DNA from: Vulcanimicrobiota bacterium | GTDB lineage: Bacteria > Vulcanimicrobiota > Vulcanimicrobiia > Vulcanimicrobiales > Vulcanimicrobiaceae | Assembly: GCA_963714015.1 (NCBI GenBank) | Contig: OY970223.1 | Location: forward strand, 1,696,001-1,760,000 | Direction of reading: 5' to 3' | DNA: 64,000 nucleotides | Shown: piece after piece, positions 42,972 through 52,811 of the stretch | Position numbering within the stretch: the stretch's first letter is position 1 | How the letters are laid out: every line of letters begins with the position of its first letter | Program-made: the position numbers and the translations under genes | Notes under the pieces: generated by a model | What the model was told of the DNA's origin: nothing | The model's database searches: none | What the model saw: the letters and a program-made list of their open reading frames with translations, nothing else

Positions 42972-43454
42972 ATGAAAACGCAGATTTTCCGCACCGGACT
43001 TGCGGCGCTCACTTTGGGAGCGGTGCTCGTAACGGCGGCGGGCATACCGGCTAAGGCCGACACGACAACCACTCAGGACATTCTCTACGGGGCCGCCGCT
43101 GCGGTTGCGGGGATCACACTTTACAATGTGGAGCATAAGCAGGCGCTGGCGAGCACGGTGGAAGGCTACTTGCCGAACGGAGCGACCGTGTACGAAGACG
43201 GACGCGTCGTGTCCTCCAACGGACAATCATGGTACCCCGGTAACAGCGGCCAAAGCGTCGCGTGCAGCAACCAGTACTGCACCATCAATGGCGGAAACGG
43301 CAGCTATTACGGTTACAACAACGGCTCCAATAACGGCGGTTATTACGGCTATAACAATAGCGGCAACTATTACGCAAACAACGGCTACGGCTACGCTTAT
43401 AACCAAAGCCAGGCGCGGCGGACGGAAGCCCGGCGGACCATACCCCGGCAGTAG
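42972..43454 (+). CDS. Hypothetical secreted protein with Gly/Asn/Tyr-rich tail
   Basis: Signal peptide; YYGYNN repeats. Confidence 0.7.
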   Translation: MKTQIFRTGLAALTLGAVLVTAAGIPAKADTTTTQDILYGAAAAVAGITLYNVEHKQALASTVEGYLPNGATVYEDGRVVSSNGQSWYPGNSGQSVACSNQYCTINGGNGSYYGYNNGSNNGGYYGYNNSGNYYANNGYGYAYNQSQARRTEARRTIPRQ

Positions 43455-43550
43455 GGGAGGGGAGCCGGTCCAGCAGCGGCGGGACGGCGGTCTAAAGCGG
43501 CCGCCGCGCCCGCCGATACTGCATAGGACAACCCATGGAGGGGTTTCACT

Positions 43551-43766
43551 ATGCGCAATTCCAAGCATCTTCCCGAATCGCGGTTCAGAGTCAATTGGGC
43601 CAAGCTCAACAACGAGCTCTTCGGCCGTATCTGCTCCGATCCCGAACTGCGCGCGCAGTACGAACGCGCCGACTGGACGGAAGCCCAAAACATCTGCGCC
43701 GATCAGTTCGACGCTTTGGTATCGTCAGCGTCCGATTTTATCGATCGGTTCGTCGTACTGGAGTAA
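43551..43766 (+). CDS. Small hypothetical protein
   Basis: RBS GGAGGG; 71-aa ORF with normal composition. Confidence 0.5.
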   Translation: MRNSKHLPESRFRVNWAKLNNELFGRICSDPELRAQYERADWTEAQNICADQFDALVSSASDFIDRFVVLE

Positions 43767-43839
43767 CGAAGCGTCCGGATGCATGTTTGGAACGCGCAGG
43801 CAACGGTAAAGCGTTACCTGGTTAGAGGTATAAACAATC

Positions 43840-45804
43840 ATGCATCTCTCCAGGAACATCCTCACTCTAGTGGCAGGAAGCTGCACGGCGCTCGCCGGCA
43901 TGGCGCTCTTTGCTGCACCTGCTTTAGCGCAAGGCGTAGCAGAGGTTAGCGTAGCGAACGGTAACGTCGCGATCGTTCGAGGCGATAGCGGAACTCAAAC
44001 TGCTGCAACCATTAACGCTCCGCTCGTGAGCGGCGATTACTTGGCGACCGGCACGGGTTCAAATGCCGAAGTACAATTTGACGGCATCTCCATGTTGCGA
44101 TTGGCCGCCGACACGCAGGTGCGCTTTGTAAATCTGGCGCCGGGAGCGCGCGAGACGCAACTAGCCGCAGGAACCGCTGAGCTGGCCGAACTGCAAGGCG
44201 CAGACGGAAGTCCCCAAATCGATACGCCTGAACTGAGCGTGCGCCCCGATCAGTCCGGCGACTACCGGGTAACGGTATACGGCAGCGGTGAAACGCTCGT
44301 TACGGTTCGCCGCGGAGCCGCGACGGTTTCAGGCCCGAACGGATCGCAGACATTGACTCCGGGCAGCACGCTGGTCGCCAACGGTCCGTCGTTTAGTCTG
44401 CAGAGTCCGGTCGCGTTCGATGGCTTCGATCAATTCAACGCCAACCGCGACTCAAATGCAGTTGCCGCTTACAATTCCAGTCCCTACCTCTCGCCGCAAC
44501 TAGCGGGATATACCAACTTCGCAAACTACGGTCAATGGCAAAACGTACCCGGTTATGGTTACGCTTGGGCGCCTAGCAATCAGAGTGCCACGAATTTCGT
44601 TCCATACCAAAATGGCCAGTGGACTTGGGAGCCGGGCTACGGCTACACGTGGGTCGACAACTCACCTTACGGGTACGCGACGTCGCATTACGGGACGTGG
44701 TTCAACAATCCGTCGTATGGCGGGTGGCTTTGGCAACCGCCTTCCTATCAATCCCAGAGTACCCCGACGAGCCTTGCATCGGCATGGGTTCCAGCCGTCG
44801 TGTCGTTCTTCTTGGCAAACAACAACGGCGGCAGCGGCATCAGCAACATCCTCGGCAATCTGACCGGCTTCCTCGGCAACTCCGGCGGCGCTATTGGTTG
44901 GATTCCGCTTGCGCCGGGCGAGCAATATCAGCCCTGGTACGGCTCAGGCTATACGTATCCGAACACGACGCTCTCTCCGGTTTCGAACCCCACGAACGTG
45001 TACAACTACTACACCAACGCGCAGTACGGCGGCGCAACGATGGTGCCGCTGAGTACGTTTCGCAGCGGAACGATCACTCGAACGGTGATCGAACGCCCGC
45101 GCACCCGGCAGATCGTGTTGGTTCGGGGAGCAGTTCCGGTCGTACCGACCGCGTCGAACCTGCGATATTCCGGAGCGGTCGCGCATCCTATCGTGCTTGC
45201 ACGCACGTTCCGCGTTTCGAGGTTGGCAGCTAAAGCCGCCGCAATCCCGCACGTAACGTTTCAAGCGCAGCAGATGCGCATTCGCTCGGTCGCCGCAACG
45301 CGTCCGAAGGTCGTGACGCTGGCAGCTCGTCCGTCACGTCCGGCGCATCCCGTATATCACCCGGTCAAACGGGCACGGATTACGGTAACGGCCGTGAAAC
45401 CGGTGGCTCCGAACCGCGCGGTCATACGCCACGCCGCGCCGCATCCGGCAACGGTTCATCGCGCGACGCCGCATCCGGCAACGGTTCATCGTGCAACGCC
45501 CCATCCGGCAACGGTTCATCGTGCAACGCCCCATCCGGCAACGGTTCATCGCGCGACGCCGCATCCGGCACCGGTTCATCACGCAATGCCGCATCCGGCA
45601 GTAGTTCATCGGGCAAGGCCGCATCCGGCACCGGTTTACCACGCAATGCCGCATCCGGCAGTAGTTCATCGGGCAACGCCGCATCCGGCAGTAGTTCATC
45701 GGGCAACGCCGCATCCGGCCGCCGCACGCCCTGCTCCGGCGCGTTCAACGGCCCGACCGGCCGTAAAGGCAACGGCTAAGCCTCAACCAAAACCGACTCC
45801 GTAA
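43840..45804 (+). CDS. Secreted FecR-domain/DUF6600-like protein with His/Pro repeat tail
   Basis: FecR-like N terminus, YGQW..YGYAW.P..PY.NG.W aromatic region, IGWIPLAPGE. Confidence 0.8.
   Translation: MHLSRNILTLVAGSCTALAGMALFAAPALAQGVAEVSVANGNVAIVRGDSGTQTAATINAPLVSGDYLATGTGSNAEVQFDGISMLRLAADTQVRFVNLAPGARETQLAAGTAELAELQGADGSPQIDTPELSVRPDQSGDYRVTVYGSGETLVTVRRGAATVSGPNGSQTLTPGSTLVANGPSFSLQSPVAFDGFDQFNANRDSNAVAAYNSSPYLSPQLAGYTNFANYGQWQNVPGYGYAWAPSNQSATNFVPYQNGQWTWEPGYGYTWVDNSPYGYATSHYGTWFNNPSYGGWLWQPPSYQSQSTPTSLASAWVPAVVSFFLANNNGGSGISNILGNLTGFLGNSGGAIGWIPLAPGEQYQPWYGSGYTYPNTTLSPVSNPTNVYNYYTNAQYGGATMVPLSTFRSGTITRTVIERPRTRQIVLVRGAVPVVPTASNLRYSGAVAHPIVLARTFRVSRLAAKAAAIPHVTFQAQQMRIRSVAATRPKVVTLAARPSRPAHPVYHPVKRARITVTAVKPVAPNRAVIRHAAPHPATVHRATPHPATVHRATPHPATVHRATPHPATVHRATPHPAPVHHAMPHPAVVHRARPHPAPVYHAMPHPAVVHRATPHPAVVHRATPHPAAARPAPARSTARPAVKATAKPQPKPTP
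45430..45720 (+). repeat. Intragenic 30-bp tandem repeat, about 10 copies (HRATPHPATV)
   Basis: CATCCGGC core recurs every 30 bp with no unique spacers. Confidence 0.95.
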
Positions 45805-45818
45805 CAACGGGGGCCGAG

Positions 45819-45859
45819 AAAAGAGGAAGGACCATGACGCCATGGTCCTTCCTCTTTTT
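45819..45859. terminator. Bidirectional Rho-independent terminator
   Basis: 18-bp perfect stem AAAAGAGGAAGGACCATG-ACGC-CATGGTCCTTCCTCTTTT between convergent genes. Confidence 0.9.
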
Positions 45860-45877
45860 GGAACCGCCGGGAGCGTG

Positions 45878-46198
45878 CTACGCGCGTTCGACTACCGGAG
45901 CGATACAAGGAAAAGTGCGCTTCAATCCGGTTACGTCGAGCAGCCTTTGGAGTCTGGAACTTGCGCCCGTGAGTCGAATTGCACCCGGTTGCGATTTGTT
46001 CGCATGGGCTCGTAGCCGGACGAGAAATCTCAGGAAACTGGTATCCGCATATCGTAACTCTGTGACTTCCAAGATGACGGTGCGGCGGGAGGCGATTTGC
46101 GCTTCGATTGCCGCCAACTCAGGGAGACTCGTAACGTCGACGTCGCCTTGAATCGTTACGACACACGGTTCGTTCGCGAGGTTCGTTTCCCACTTCAT
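45878..46198 (-). CDS. STAS domain anti-sigma factor antagonist
   Basis: GDVDV, LRYADTSFL, RLLDVTGL. Confidence 0.85.
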   Translation of the reverse strand: MKWETNLANEPCVVTIQGDVDVTSLPELAAIEAQIASRRTVILEVTELRYADTSFLRFLVRLRAHANKSQPGAIRLTGASSRLQRLLDVTGLKRTFPCIAPVVERA

Positions 46199-46531
46199 GC
46201 CATTACCATACAGCAAGAAGTTGAGAGATTGCTTAGATGTCGTTTTTTCTCATGCTCGTCTAATCGTTTGTCCAGCAAAAGCGCAGACTTGCGCCATAGA
46301 TTGGCATTATGGTCACGCAAGCAGCACACCGCAATACCTTCCCGGTCCGGCTCACACGCTGGGCCGTCGCGGTCGCGTTCGTTCTGCTCGTGGGCAGCGG
46401 TGAAGCCTTCATCGACCGCCGGCCCTCATTTCGACTCGCTCTCTCGGTGGTCAGCGCATTAGCACCGAATATGATTCAGTACGCGTCGGCGGCGCTTTTC
46501 GTTTTTTGCGGAGCCGGCTGGATCGTTTCTG

Positions 46532-48214
46532 CTACCCCGCCGGCGCGGTATAGCGCTCCTTGATGGCCTCGACGATCCTCTGACGGCTTTCGGTGGGCGA
46601 TGCGCATCGAACCGAGGCTGCCGCTTGCGCCAGTTCATCGTCACCGAGCATCTCTCTGAACCAGCGCTCGTAATCGCCGCCGTTTAAGTGGTAGTTCCAG
46701 GTCTCGTCGTCGACGCCGCCCGCGAGATCGACGAACGTTTTCAGATTTGGCGCGCGCAAGTTCAGCTTGCCCGAAGCGCCGCGAAAATAGAAACTCTTCT
46801 CCGGAGCAAGCTCTCCGGCCGCGTACTTGCGGCGGTGGCGGTGGCGCTGTTGCTTGGGTGGAAGAGGTTGGAAGAGACGGACTTCGCCCGAATCGCGCTT
46901 TGCCAGAGCCGCTTGCCCCTCTTCGAGCTGGTTATGCAGCGACACGTCTGGGCCGAAGGCTTCCAAGAGCGTGCGATCCGCATGCTGCCCGACGACGATA
47001 GCTGCGTTAACAGTGGAGAGCAGCGTCCGGGACAACAGCGACGGGTGTACCGTGATCGCCATCATGGAGAAAAGGTCCAAGGGCAGAAGCGCTTCCGTGT
47101 CGCTGTCGCGCGGCAGTAGGTGATGCGCCTCGTCCACGACGATCCAGTGAGGCCGCCCGGTTTGCGCGCGAAGTTTGGTAAGGTGCGGCATCACTTGCGC
47201 GGCGAATCGGCGGCGCTCGTCGATTTCGATGGCGAGAAGATTCACAATGACGCTTTTTCGCGGATCGCGCAAGACCGCTTCAATCTCTTCAGCAGATGGC
47301 GCGTGGCTTGCATCGCCCAGCACGACGGCGCCATCGTACGACTCGTGATCGCCTTCGGGATCCAGAATGCAAACCTGATAGCCGCTTTCCACGAAACGCT
47401 CGATTAAGCCGACCGCCAGCTTCGACTTTCCGCCGCCTGACTCGCCGGCGACCAGCAGCGTTCCATCGAGGTACGGTTCAATCTCGATCGTCTGTTTTCC
47501 GCACTTCCCCAAGCTGATACCGGCGAACCGCCGTCCGGAAGCATCGCGCAAGTCGTTCTCGATTAAGCGGTCGATGAGCTCGCCGACGCCGATCCCATGG
47601 TCACCCGAAGACTGAATGTCGGCCTCATCCTTTACCGAAGGGAGCGCGTTTGCAACGGCCGCAGAGCGCTCGCAAAGTTGCATGAATGCGTGGTCGTTCT
47701 CCGCGTCCCCGACCCCGACGACGTTATGCGGCGACAATAGTAAGCGGTCGAGTGCCGCGCGCAAACCCGTAGCCTTGTTGACGCCGCTCGGCAAAACCAT
47801 CACCGCGCCTTTATTGAAGATGACCTGGAGTTCCAATCCGAGGTCGCGGATTGCGTCGATCGTTGTCGTTTCGTGGGGCTCCCACGTCGCGACGATGACT
47901 TCGCCCGCCTCGAGCGGCGAAACGCCGCGATCCCGCAGCGTGCGCACGAAACTCTCGGGAGGCGGCTGCGCCAGTGGGATGCGCTCGCGCGTTCGCGGTA
48001 CGTAGAGCAGAGCACCGTTTTCGGCAACGATCGCATCGAAAAGGTCGAGCTGTGCAAAGTCCGCTTCCAACGATTCTAGGACTCGACCGGTTACCAGTAT
48101 GACGTAACGCCCCGTTTTTCGCAGCCTGCGAACCGCGTCGACGGCGTGGTCGCGAACCCGCGCGTTGTGGGCCAGCGTGCCGTCAAAGTCTGTGGCCAGG
48201 GCCAAATAGCGCAT
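46532..48214 (-). CDS. HAD-IIB phosphatase fused to a P-loop ATPase domain
   Basis: DFDGT, NKATGL, GDAEND; Walker A GESGGGKS; Walker B IVVDEAH. Confidence 0.85.
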   Translation of the reverse strand: MRYLALATDFDGTLAHNARVRDHAVDAVRRLRKTGRYVILVTGRVLESLEADFAQLDLFDAIVAENGALLYVPRTRERIPLAQPPPESFVRTLRDRGVSPLEAGEVIVATWEPHETTTIDAIRDLGLELQVIFNKGAVMVLPSGVNKATGLRAALDRLLLSPHNVVGVGDAENDHAFMQLCERSAAVANALPSVKDEADIQSSGDHGIGVGELIDRLIENDLRDASGRRFAGISLGKCGKQTIEIEPYLDGTLLVAGESGGGKSKLAVGLIERFVESGYQVCILDPEGDHESYDGAVVLGDASHAPSAEEIEAVLRDPRKSVIVNLLAIEIDERRRFAAQVMPHLTKLRAQTGRPHWIVVDEAHHLLPRDSDTEALLPLDLFSMMAITVHPSLLSRTLLSTVNAAIVVGQHADRTLLEAFGPDVSLHNQLEEGQAALAKRDSGEVRLFQPLPPKQQRHRHRRKYAAGELAPEKSFYFRGASGKLNLRAPNLKTFVDLAGGVDDETWNYHLNGGDYERWFREMLGDDELAQAAASVRCASPTESRQRIVEAIKERYTAPAG

Positions 48215-48302
48215 GCCCTGTTCTTCCCCCCGGGAGGATGCCGAAGTGTAATGAAGGCTACAATGGGCGAAATCTTGGGGTGCTGCGGCCGATAGGATAG
48301 AG

Positions 48303-50199
48303 GTGGACGTCTCGCGCCGGTCATGCGGGGCCGCGCGGCGTAGTGACCCCTTGTACGAAGCGTGGCTGGAGCGTAATGCTTATGCTACGGCTCTCATTTA
48401 CAGCGGGCTCATCGCCCTTTTGCTGCCGGCCTTTCATTATATATTGCGCGCGCTGCCCGGCGTGCCGCCCGACGACATGGGCATTCGGCTTTTCTGCTCC
48501 GGATTTTGCGCGCTTGTCGCCGGTACGCTGTATTTTTGTCCTGCGTCGCGCCGGTATTCCGAACTTCTCCAGTTTGCGCAAGTCGTCATCGCGATTGTCG
48601 TGGTAGACATACTGATCGTCAGCAGCGGCGATCATTACCTGTACATCGCATCCGGCCTCTTGGTGTTGATCGGAGCGCAGAACGCATTCTATCGTTCGAC
48701 AAGTTTGGCGCTGGCGTTGGTGCTCGGGTTCGGTTTCATGGCGTGGTTTTCGGCCTTCCGCGGGATGCTGTGGCAGCCGTACAACTTGGTGACGCTGGCC
48801 ATCTTTGCGAGCGGATACGTCTTGGCATTCTTTCCGGCCTCTCTGCGCATTCGTATTCAGCAAAGCGAGATCCGCGGCCGCTTGAAAGCGAAAGAGACCC
48901 AAATCGAACTGGCACATCTGGCGGGATACGACACGCTGACGGGACTGCCAAACCGCGTGACGCTGCAAAAGAGTTTGACGGAAACGCTCGAACGAGCGCA
49001 CGAAATCGGAAGAATGTGTGCGGTGCTCTTCCTCGACCTCAATCGCTTCAAAGATATCAACGACACGCTGGGGCACGCCGTCGGCGACATGCTGTTACAT
49101 GAGGTCGGGCATCGCGTGCGCTCGCTGCTGCCGGAGAATGCTATGCTTGCGCGGTGGGGCGGCGACGAATTCGTCGCAGTATTGCCGCAGGTCGCAGGCG
49201 CCGACGAAGTCGAGGGCATTTCGCGCGGCTTGGTTCACGGTATCGCCGCGCCGTTTTATGTGGAATCCTTCGAGTTTTCCGTGGCGGCGAGCGTCGGCGT
49301 CGCGCTCTATCCTCAGGACGGCGCCGAAGCCGGAATTTTGATCCGCAGCGCCGACACGGCGATGTTCCACGCGAAGGAGCACGCCGGCAACGGCTTCGCA
49401 TTTTTCACGCAGCGGATGCACGCGGTCGCCGCACAGCGGCACAACGTTCAAAACGAACTTCAGAAGGCGATCGCTGCCGAGAGTTTCGTTCTGCATTACC
49501 AGCCGATCGTGCAGGCGGCGAGCGGGCGAATCGCCGGTGCGGAAGCGCTGCTGCGCTGGATAGACGGGGAAGGGCGAACCCGGCCGCCTCACGAGTTCAT
49601 TCCGCTCGCCGAAGACACGGGCGCGATCGTTCAGATAGGAGCTTGGGCCCTTCGTCAGGCATGCCGCCACGCCGCGCAGTTGCAAAACGGAGGCTCACCG
49701 ATGGCAATATCCGTCAACATCTCGCCATGCCAGCTTCGCCACCCTGATTTCTTGCAACTCCTTGCGGACGTCGTGCGCGAGAGCGGTGTAAAACCGGCGC
49801 TATTGGAGATCGGAGATCACCGAGTCCGCCCTGATGGTAAATACTGAGACAATCGTCAAAAAGCTGGAGCAGATCAAACGCATGGGAATCCGGATTGCCG
49901 TAGACGATTTCGGAACGGGATATAGCGCTTTTTCGTATCTGAAGAATCTGCCGCTGGACACCCTCAAGATCGACCGCACCTTCGTGAACGGGATCGAACG
50001 CGAAATCGACCGCGCCATCGCGGATTCCATCGTGACGATTGCACACAAGTTGGGGCTTTCGGTAACGGCAGAAGGAGTTGAAACGCAGCACCAGCGTGAC
50101 GTGCTGGTGCAACTTGGCTGCGACCGGCTGCAGGGATTTCATTATTGCCGGCCTGTTCCTATCGACAAGTTCAGATCGAGCATCGCGGCCGCGTCATAA
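48303..50199 (+). CDS. Membrane GGDEF-EAL diguanylate cyclase/phosphodiesterase, frameshifted near 49812
   Basis: N-terminal TM segments, DTLTGLPNR, GGDEF, EALLRW; then EITES, DDFGTGYS, TAEGVET, LQGF in a second frame. Confidence 0.92.
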
Positions 50200-50237
50200 C
50201 CGCAGTTCGCTGCCGGCAAATCAGAAAGCGGCCTGCA

Positions 50238-50270
50238 ATGACAATACCGGCCCGGGGCCGGTATCGTCAT
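50238..50270. terminator. Hairpin between convergent genes
   Basis: ATGAC-A-ATACCGGCC-CGG-GGCCGGTAT-C-GTCAT. Confidence 0.5.
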
Positions 50271-50287
50271 ACGCCTGATTCGGAAGG

Positions 50288-50845
50288 CTAGGGTGCCGGC
50301 GTTGCTTGAGGGCCGGGAGTTGCCTTTGCAAACACCTTGATGACGTCGCGCATCGACGGATTATCGGGGTAGTGGAAAGCGCAGCCGACGTAATAGATGC
50401 CGGGCCTCGAGAGCTTGACCTTTACGGAATGCCCCGGTGCGAGCACGCCGCTGGCGTATCCACTTTGCAGTGGACCTCCGCTAGCTTTGGTTGTGAGCAC
50501 GGGGTTCTTGGGGAAGTTGGTGGTGCTCAGCACGTTGAGGGTGTGTGAGATTGCCGAGGAGATGTTCATGAGCGTGATGGTCAAACCCGGTTTGAACGCG
50601 ATGACCTGCGATCGCGTCGTTTGCGTGTATCCGCCGACGAGACCAAACTTCGCATCCTTAACGGTGCCGACGCCTTCGCCGGGCAACTCGAATCCGATTG
50701 TATTGGGACCGACTGCGAACGCGAGCTCGGCCTGATGAGTCGACTGCAACAGCTGCGCCGGCGCGTTCGGAACGGCCGCTGTGTGCTGGCCGCACGCTGC
50801 GAGCGCGACGGCGAGGGCAAAAGAAAGCGGAACGAACTTCTTCAT
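50288..50845 (-). CDS. Cupredoxin (type 1 copper) lipoprotein
   Basis: Lipobox LAAC; ligands H(TL)..CAFH..M. Confidence 0.8.
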   Translation of the reverse strand: MKKFVPLSFALAVALAACGQHTAAVPNAPAQLLQSTHQAELAFAVGPNTIGFELPGEGVGTVKDAKFGLVGGYTQTTRSQVIAFKPGLTITLMNISSAISHTLNVLSTTNFPKNPVLTTKASGGPLQSGYASGVLAPGHSVKVKLSRPGIYYVGCAFHYPDNPSMRDVIKVFAKATPGPQATPAP

Positions 50846-51015
50846 GTGAAGCCTCCTGGAAGAGCATTACATGTTGCAAGATGCCGACAAAGGATGAAGA
50901 TTCTCTGAAGCACGGCCCTGCGCCCGAACGCAACCCCGCTCCGGCGGAGTGGTTCAGGAATTGCGGAGCAAGAAGCAGATGGCCGGCGCGCAGGCAAACG
51001 GATAGACTGGGTCCC

Positions 51016-52101
51016 ATGGTGACTGAGAAAATTCAAGAGTTTTATCGCGCCGTTGAGACACGCGATCCCCGCTACGACGGGCGCTTTTTCTACGGCGTGC
51101 GGACGACCGGCGTTTACTGCAGGCCCGTTTGCGGCAGCCGGACGCCGCTGGCCGAAAACGTTCAATTTTTCTCGTCCGCCGAGGCCGCCGAGCGGGCTTC
51201 CTACCGGCCATGCAAGCGTTGCAAGCCAAAGGAGTCGCACGCGCCGGTGGACGAGCGGTTCCTACGCGCGGCCCGGGAGATCGAGGGATCCGAAGAACCG
51301 CCGGCGCTGCACGAGCTGGCACGCATTGCCGGAATGAGCGAGTTTCATTTTCAACGGCGCTTCAAGGCTGCGCTCGGCGTATCTCCGCGCCAATATGCCG
51401 ACATGGTGAAACGGAACCGCTTACGGCGCGCTCTCCAAAGCGGCCACTCCGTTACGGGAGCGATCTTCGAGGCCGGTTTCGGTTCGCTTTCACAGGCGTA
51501 TGCCAAGGGCAGATCTCCACTCGGAATGACCGCCTCGCAATTCCGATCCCGCGGGACGAATGCGAGCGTCTCGTATGCCATTGTCGGCTCACCTATCGGC
51601 CGTATTTTGATCGCCGCTACAACGCGCGGAATCTGCCGCGTCGACATCGGCGAGAACGACGAGCTGCTCGAACGCAGGTTGTTCGAGGAGCTTTCTAATG
51701 CCCTGGTTCGCCGCGAAGACGAAGCGCTTGAATCGGCCGTTTCACTCATCGTCGCATACCTATCCGGAGCGGGGCCCTGGCCCGCTTTGCCCTTGGACGT
51801 GCGCGCCACGGCCTTTCAATCGCGGGTATGGGAAGCGCTGAGAGCGGTTAGGCCCGGCTCAAAAGTGACCTACTCCCAGCTGGCGCAAGCGATCGGCTCG
51901 CCGGGCGCCGCGCGCGCGGTAGCGAGCGCCTGTGCTGCAAATCCGGTTGCGCTGCTTATTCCGTGCCATCGCGTCATTCCCAAGTCCGGCGGCGCCGGCG
52001 CTTACCGCTGGAGTGTAGAACGCAAACGGCATCTGCTCGAATTGGAAAACGTCAAGCCGGTCATATCGAGCAGCGGCGCGACCGAAAGTGGCCCCGGGTG
52101 A
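51016..52101 (+). CDS. ada: Bifunctional Ada regulator / O6-methylguanine-DNA methyltransferase
   Basis: TTGVYCRPVC, RPCKRC, AraC HTH, IPCHRV. Confidence 0.95.
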   Translation: MVTEKIQEFYRAVETRDPRYDGRFFYGVRTTGVYCRPVCGSRTPLAENVQFFSSAEAAERASYRPCKRCKPKESHAPVDERFLRAAREIEGSEEPPALHELARIAGMSEFHFQRRFKAALGVSPRQYADMVKRNRLRRALQSGHSVTGAIFEAGFGSLSQAYAKGRSPLGMTASQFRSRGTNASVSYAIVGSPIGRILIAATTRGICRVDIGENDELLERRLFEELSNALVRREDEALESAVSLIVAYLSGAGPWPALPLDVRATAFQSRVWEALRAVRPGSKVTYSQLAQAIGSPGAARAVASACAANPVALLIPCHRVIPKSGGAGAYRWSVERKRHLLELENVKPVISSSGATESGPG

Positions 52102-52799
52102 TCGAACCGCGCGCGCTCGATCTGAATTGGCCGGCTGTTGAGAGCGACTTGCTGCAGCACGGATACGCGCAACTGCCCGATCTTCTCGACCCCGCGCAAT
52201 GTGCGAGCTTATGTCCTCTCTTTGAAGAAGACGCGCTTTTTCGCTCTCGCGTGGTAATGGAGAAGCATGGCTTCGGGCAAGGCGAGTACAAGTATTTCAA
52301 ATATCCGCTTCCGCCGTTCGTGCAGCATTTGCGTTCGGATCTGTACCAAGGCCTCTCCCCGATCGCGAACCGCTGGAACGAGCGGCTAGGCCGTAAAGAG
52401 CGCTATCCCGCCACGCAGCAGCTGTTTCGTGAAATTTGCCTGGAAAACGAACAAAGCCGTCCCACAGCCCTGCTGCTGCGATATCGCACCGGGGATTACA
52501 ATTGCTTGCATGAGGACTTGTACGGAGAGATCGCCTTCCCGTTTCAGACGACTGTTTTTCTGACGCCTAGCGACGAATACGAAGGCGGCGAGTTCGTTCT
52601 GGTCGAGCAGCGGCCGCGTCGTCAAAGCCGGGCCATCGTGCTACGCCCGCAGGCCGGTGACGCGCTGATCTTTCCGAACCGCTATCGTCCGGTGGAAGGA
52701 CGCAACGGTTATTATCGCACCACGTTCCGTCACGGCGTGAGCGAAATACGCACGGGAGAGCGCTTAACGCTCGGCTTGATCTTCCACGATGCAAAGTAG
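52098..52799 (+). CDS. 2OG-Fe(II) oxygenase (DUF2086-like)
   Basis: YNCLHEDLYGE, EQRPR.QSR, HGVS..R; GTG overlaps the ada stop. Confidence 0.85.
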   Translation: MIEPRALDLNWPAVESDLLQHGYAQLPDLLDPAQCASLCPLFEEDALFRSRVVMEKHGFGQGEYKYFKYPLPPFVQHLRSDLYQGLSPIANRWNERLGRKERYPATQQLFREICLENEQSRPTALLLRYRTGDYNCLHEDLYGEIAFPFQTTVFLTPSDEYEGGEFVLVEQRPRRQSRAIVLRPQAGDALIFPNRYRPVEGRNGYYRTTFRHGVSEIRTGERLTLGLIFHDAK

Positions 52800-52811
52800 C
52801 AGCGGCGCAGG

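Noticed and set aside
45430..45720. Regular 30-bp repeats as a CRISPR array
   Set aside because: Units are contiguous and in frame within a CDS, with no unique spacers and no cas genes.
46309..46563. 84-aa hydrophobic ORF
   Set aside because: It overlaps the 3' end of the HAD gene and has no clear RBS or family motif; possible but unsupported.
49800..49830. Programmed frameshift splitting the EAL domain
   Set aside because: No slippery sequence; a single extra G matches the window-wide indel error pattern.
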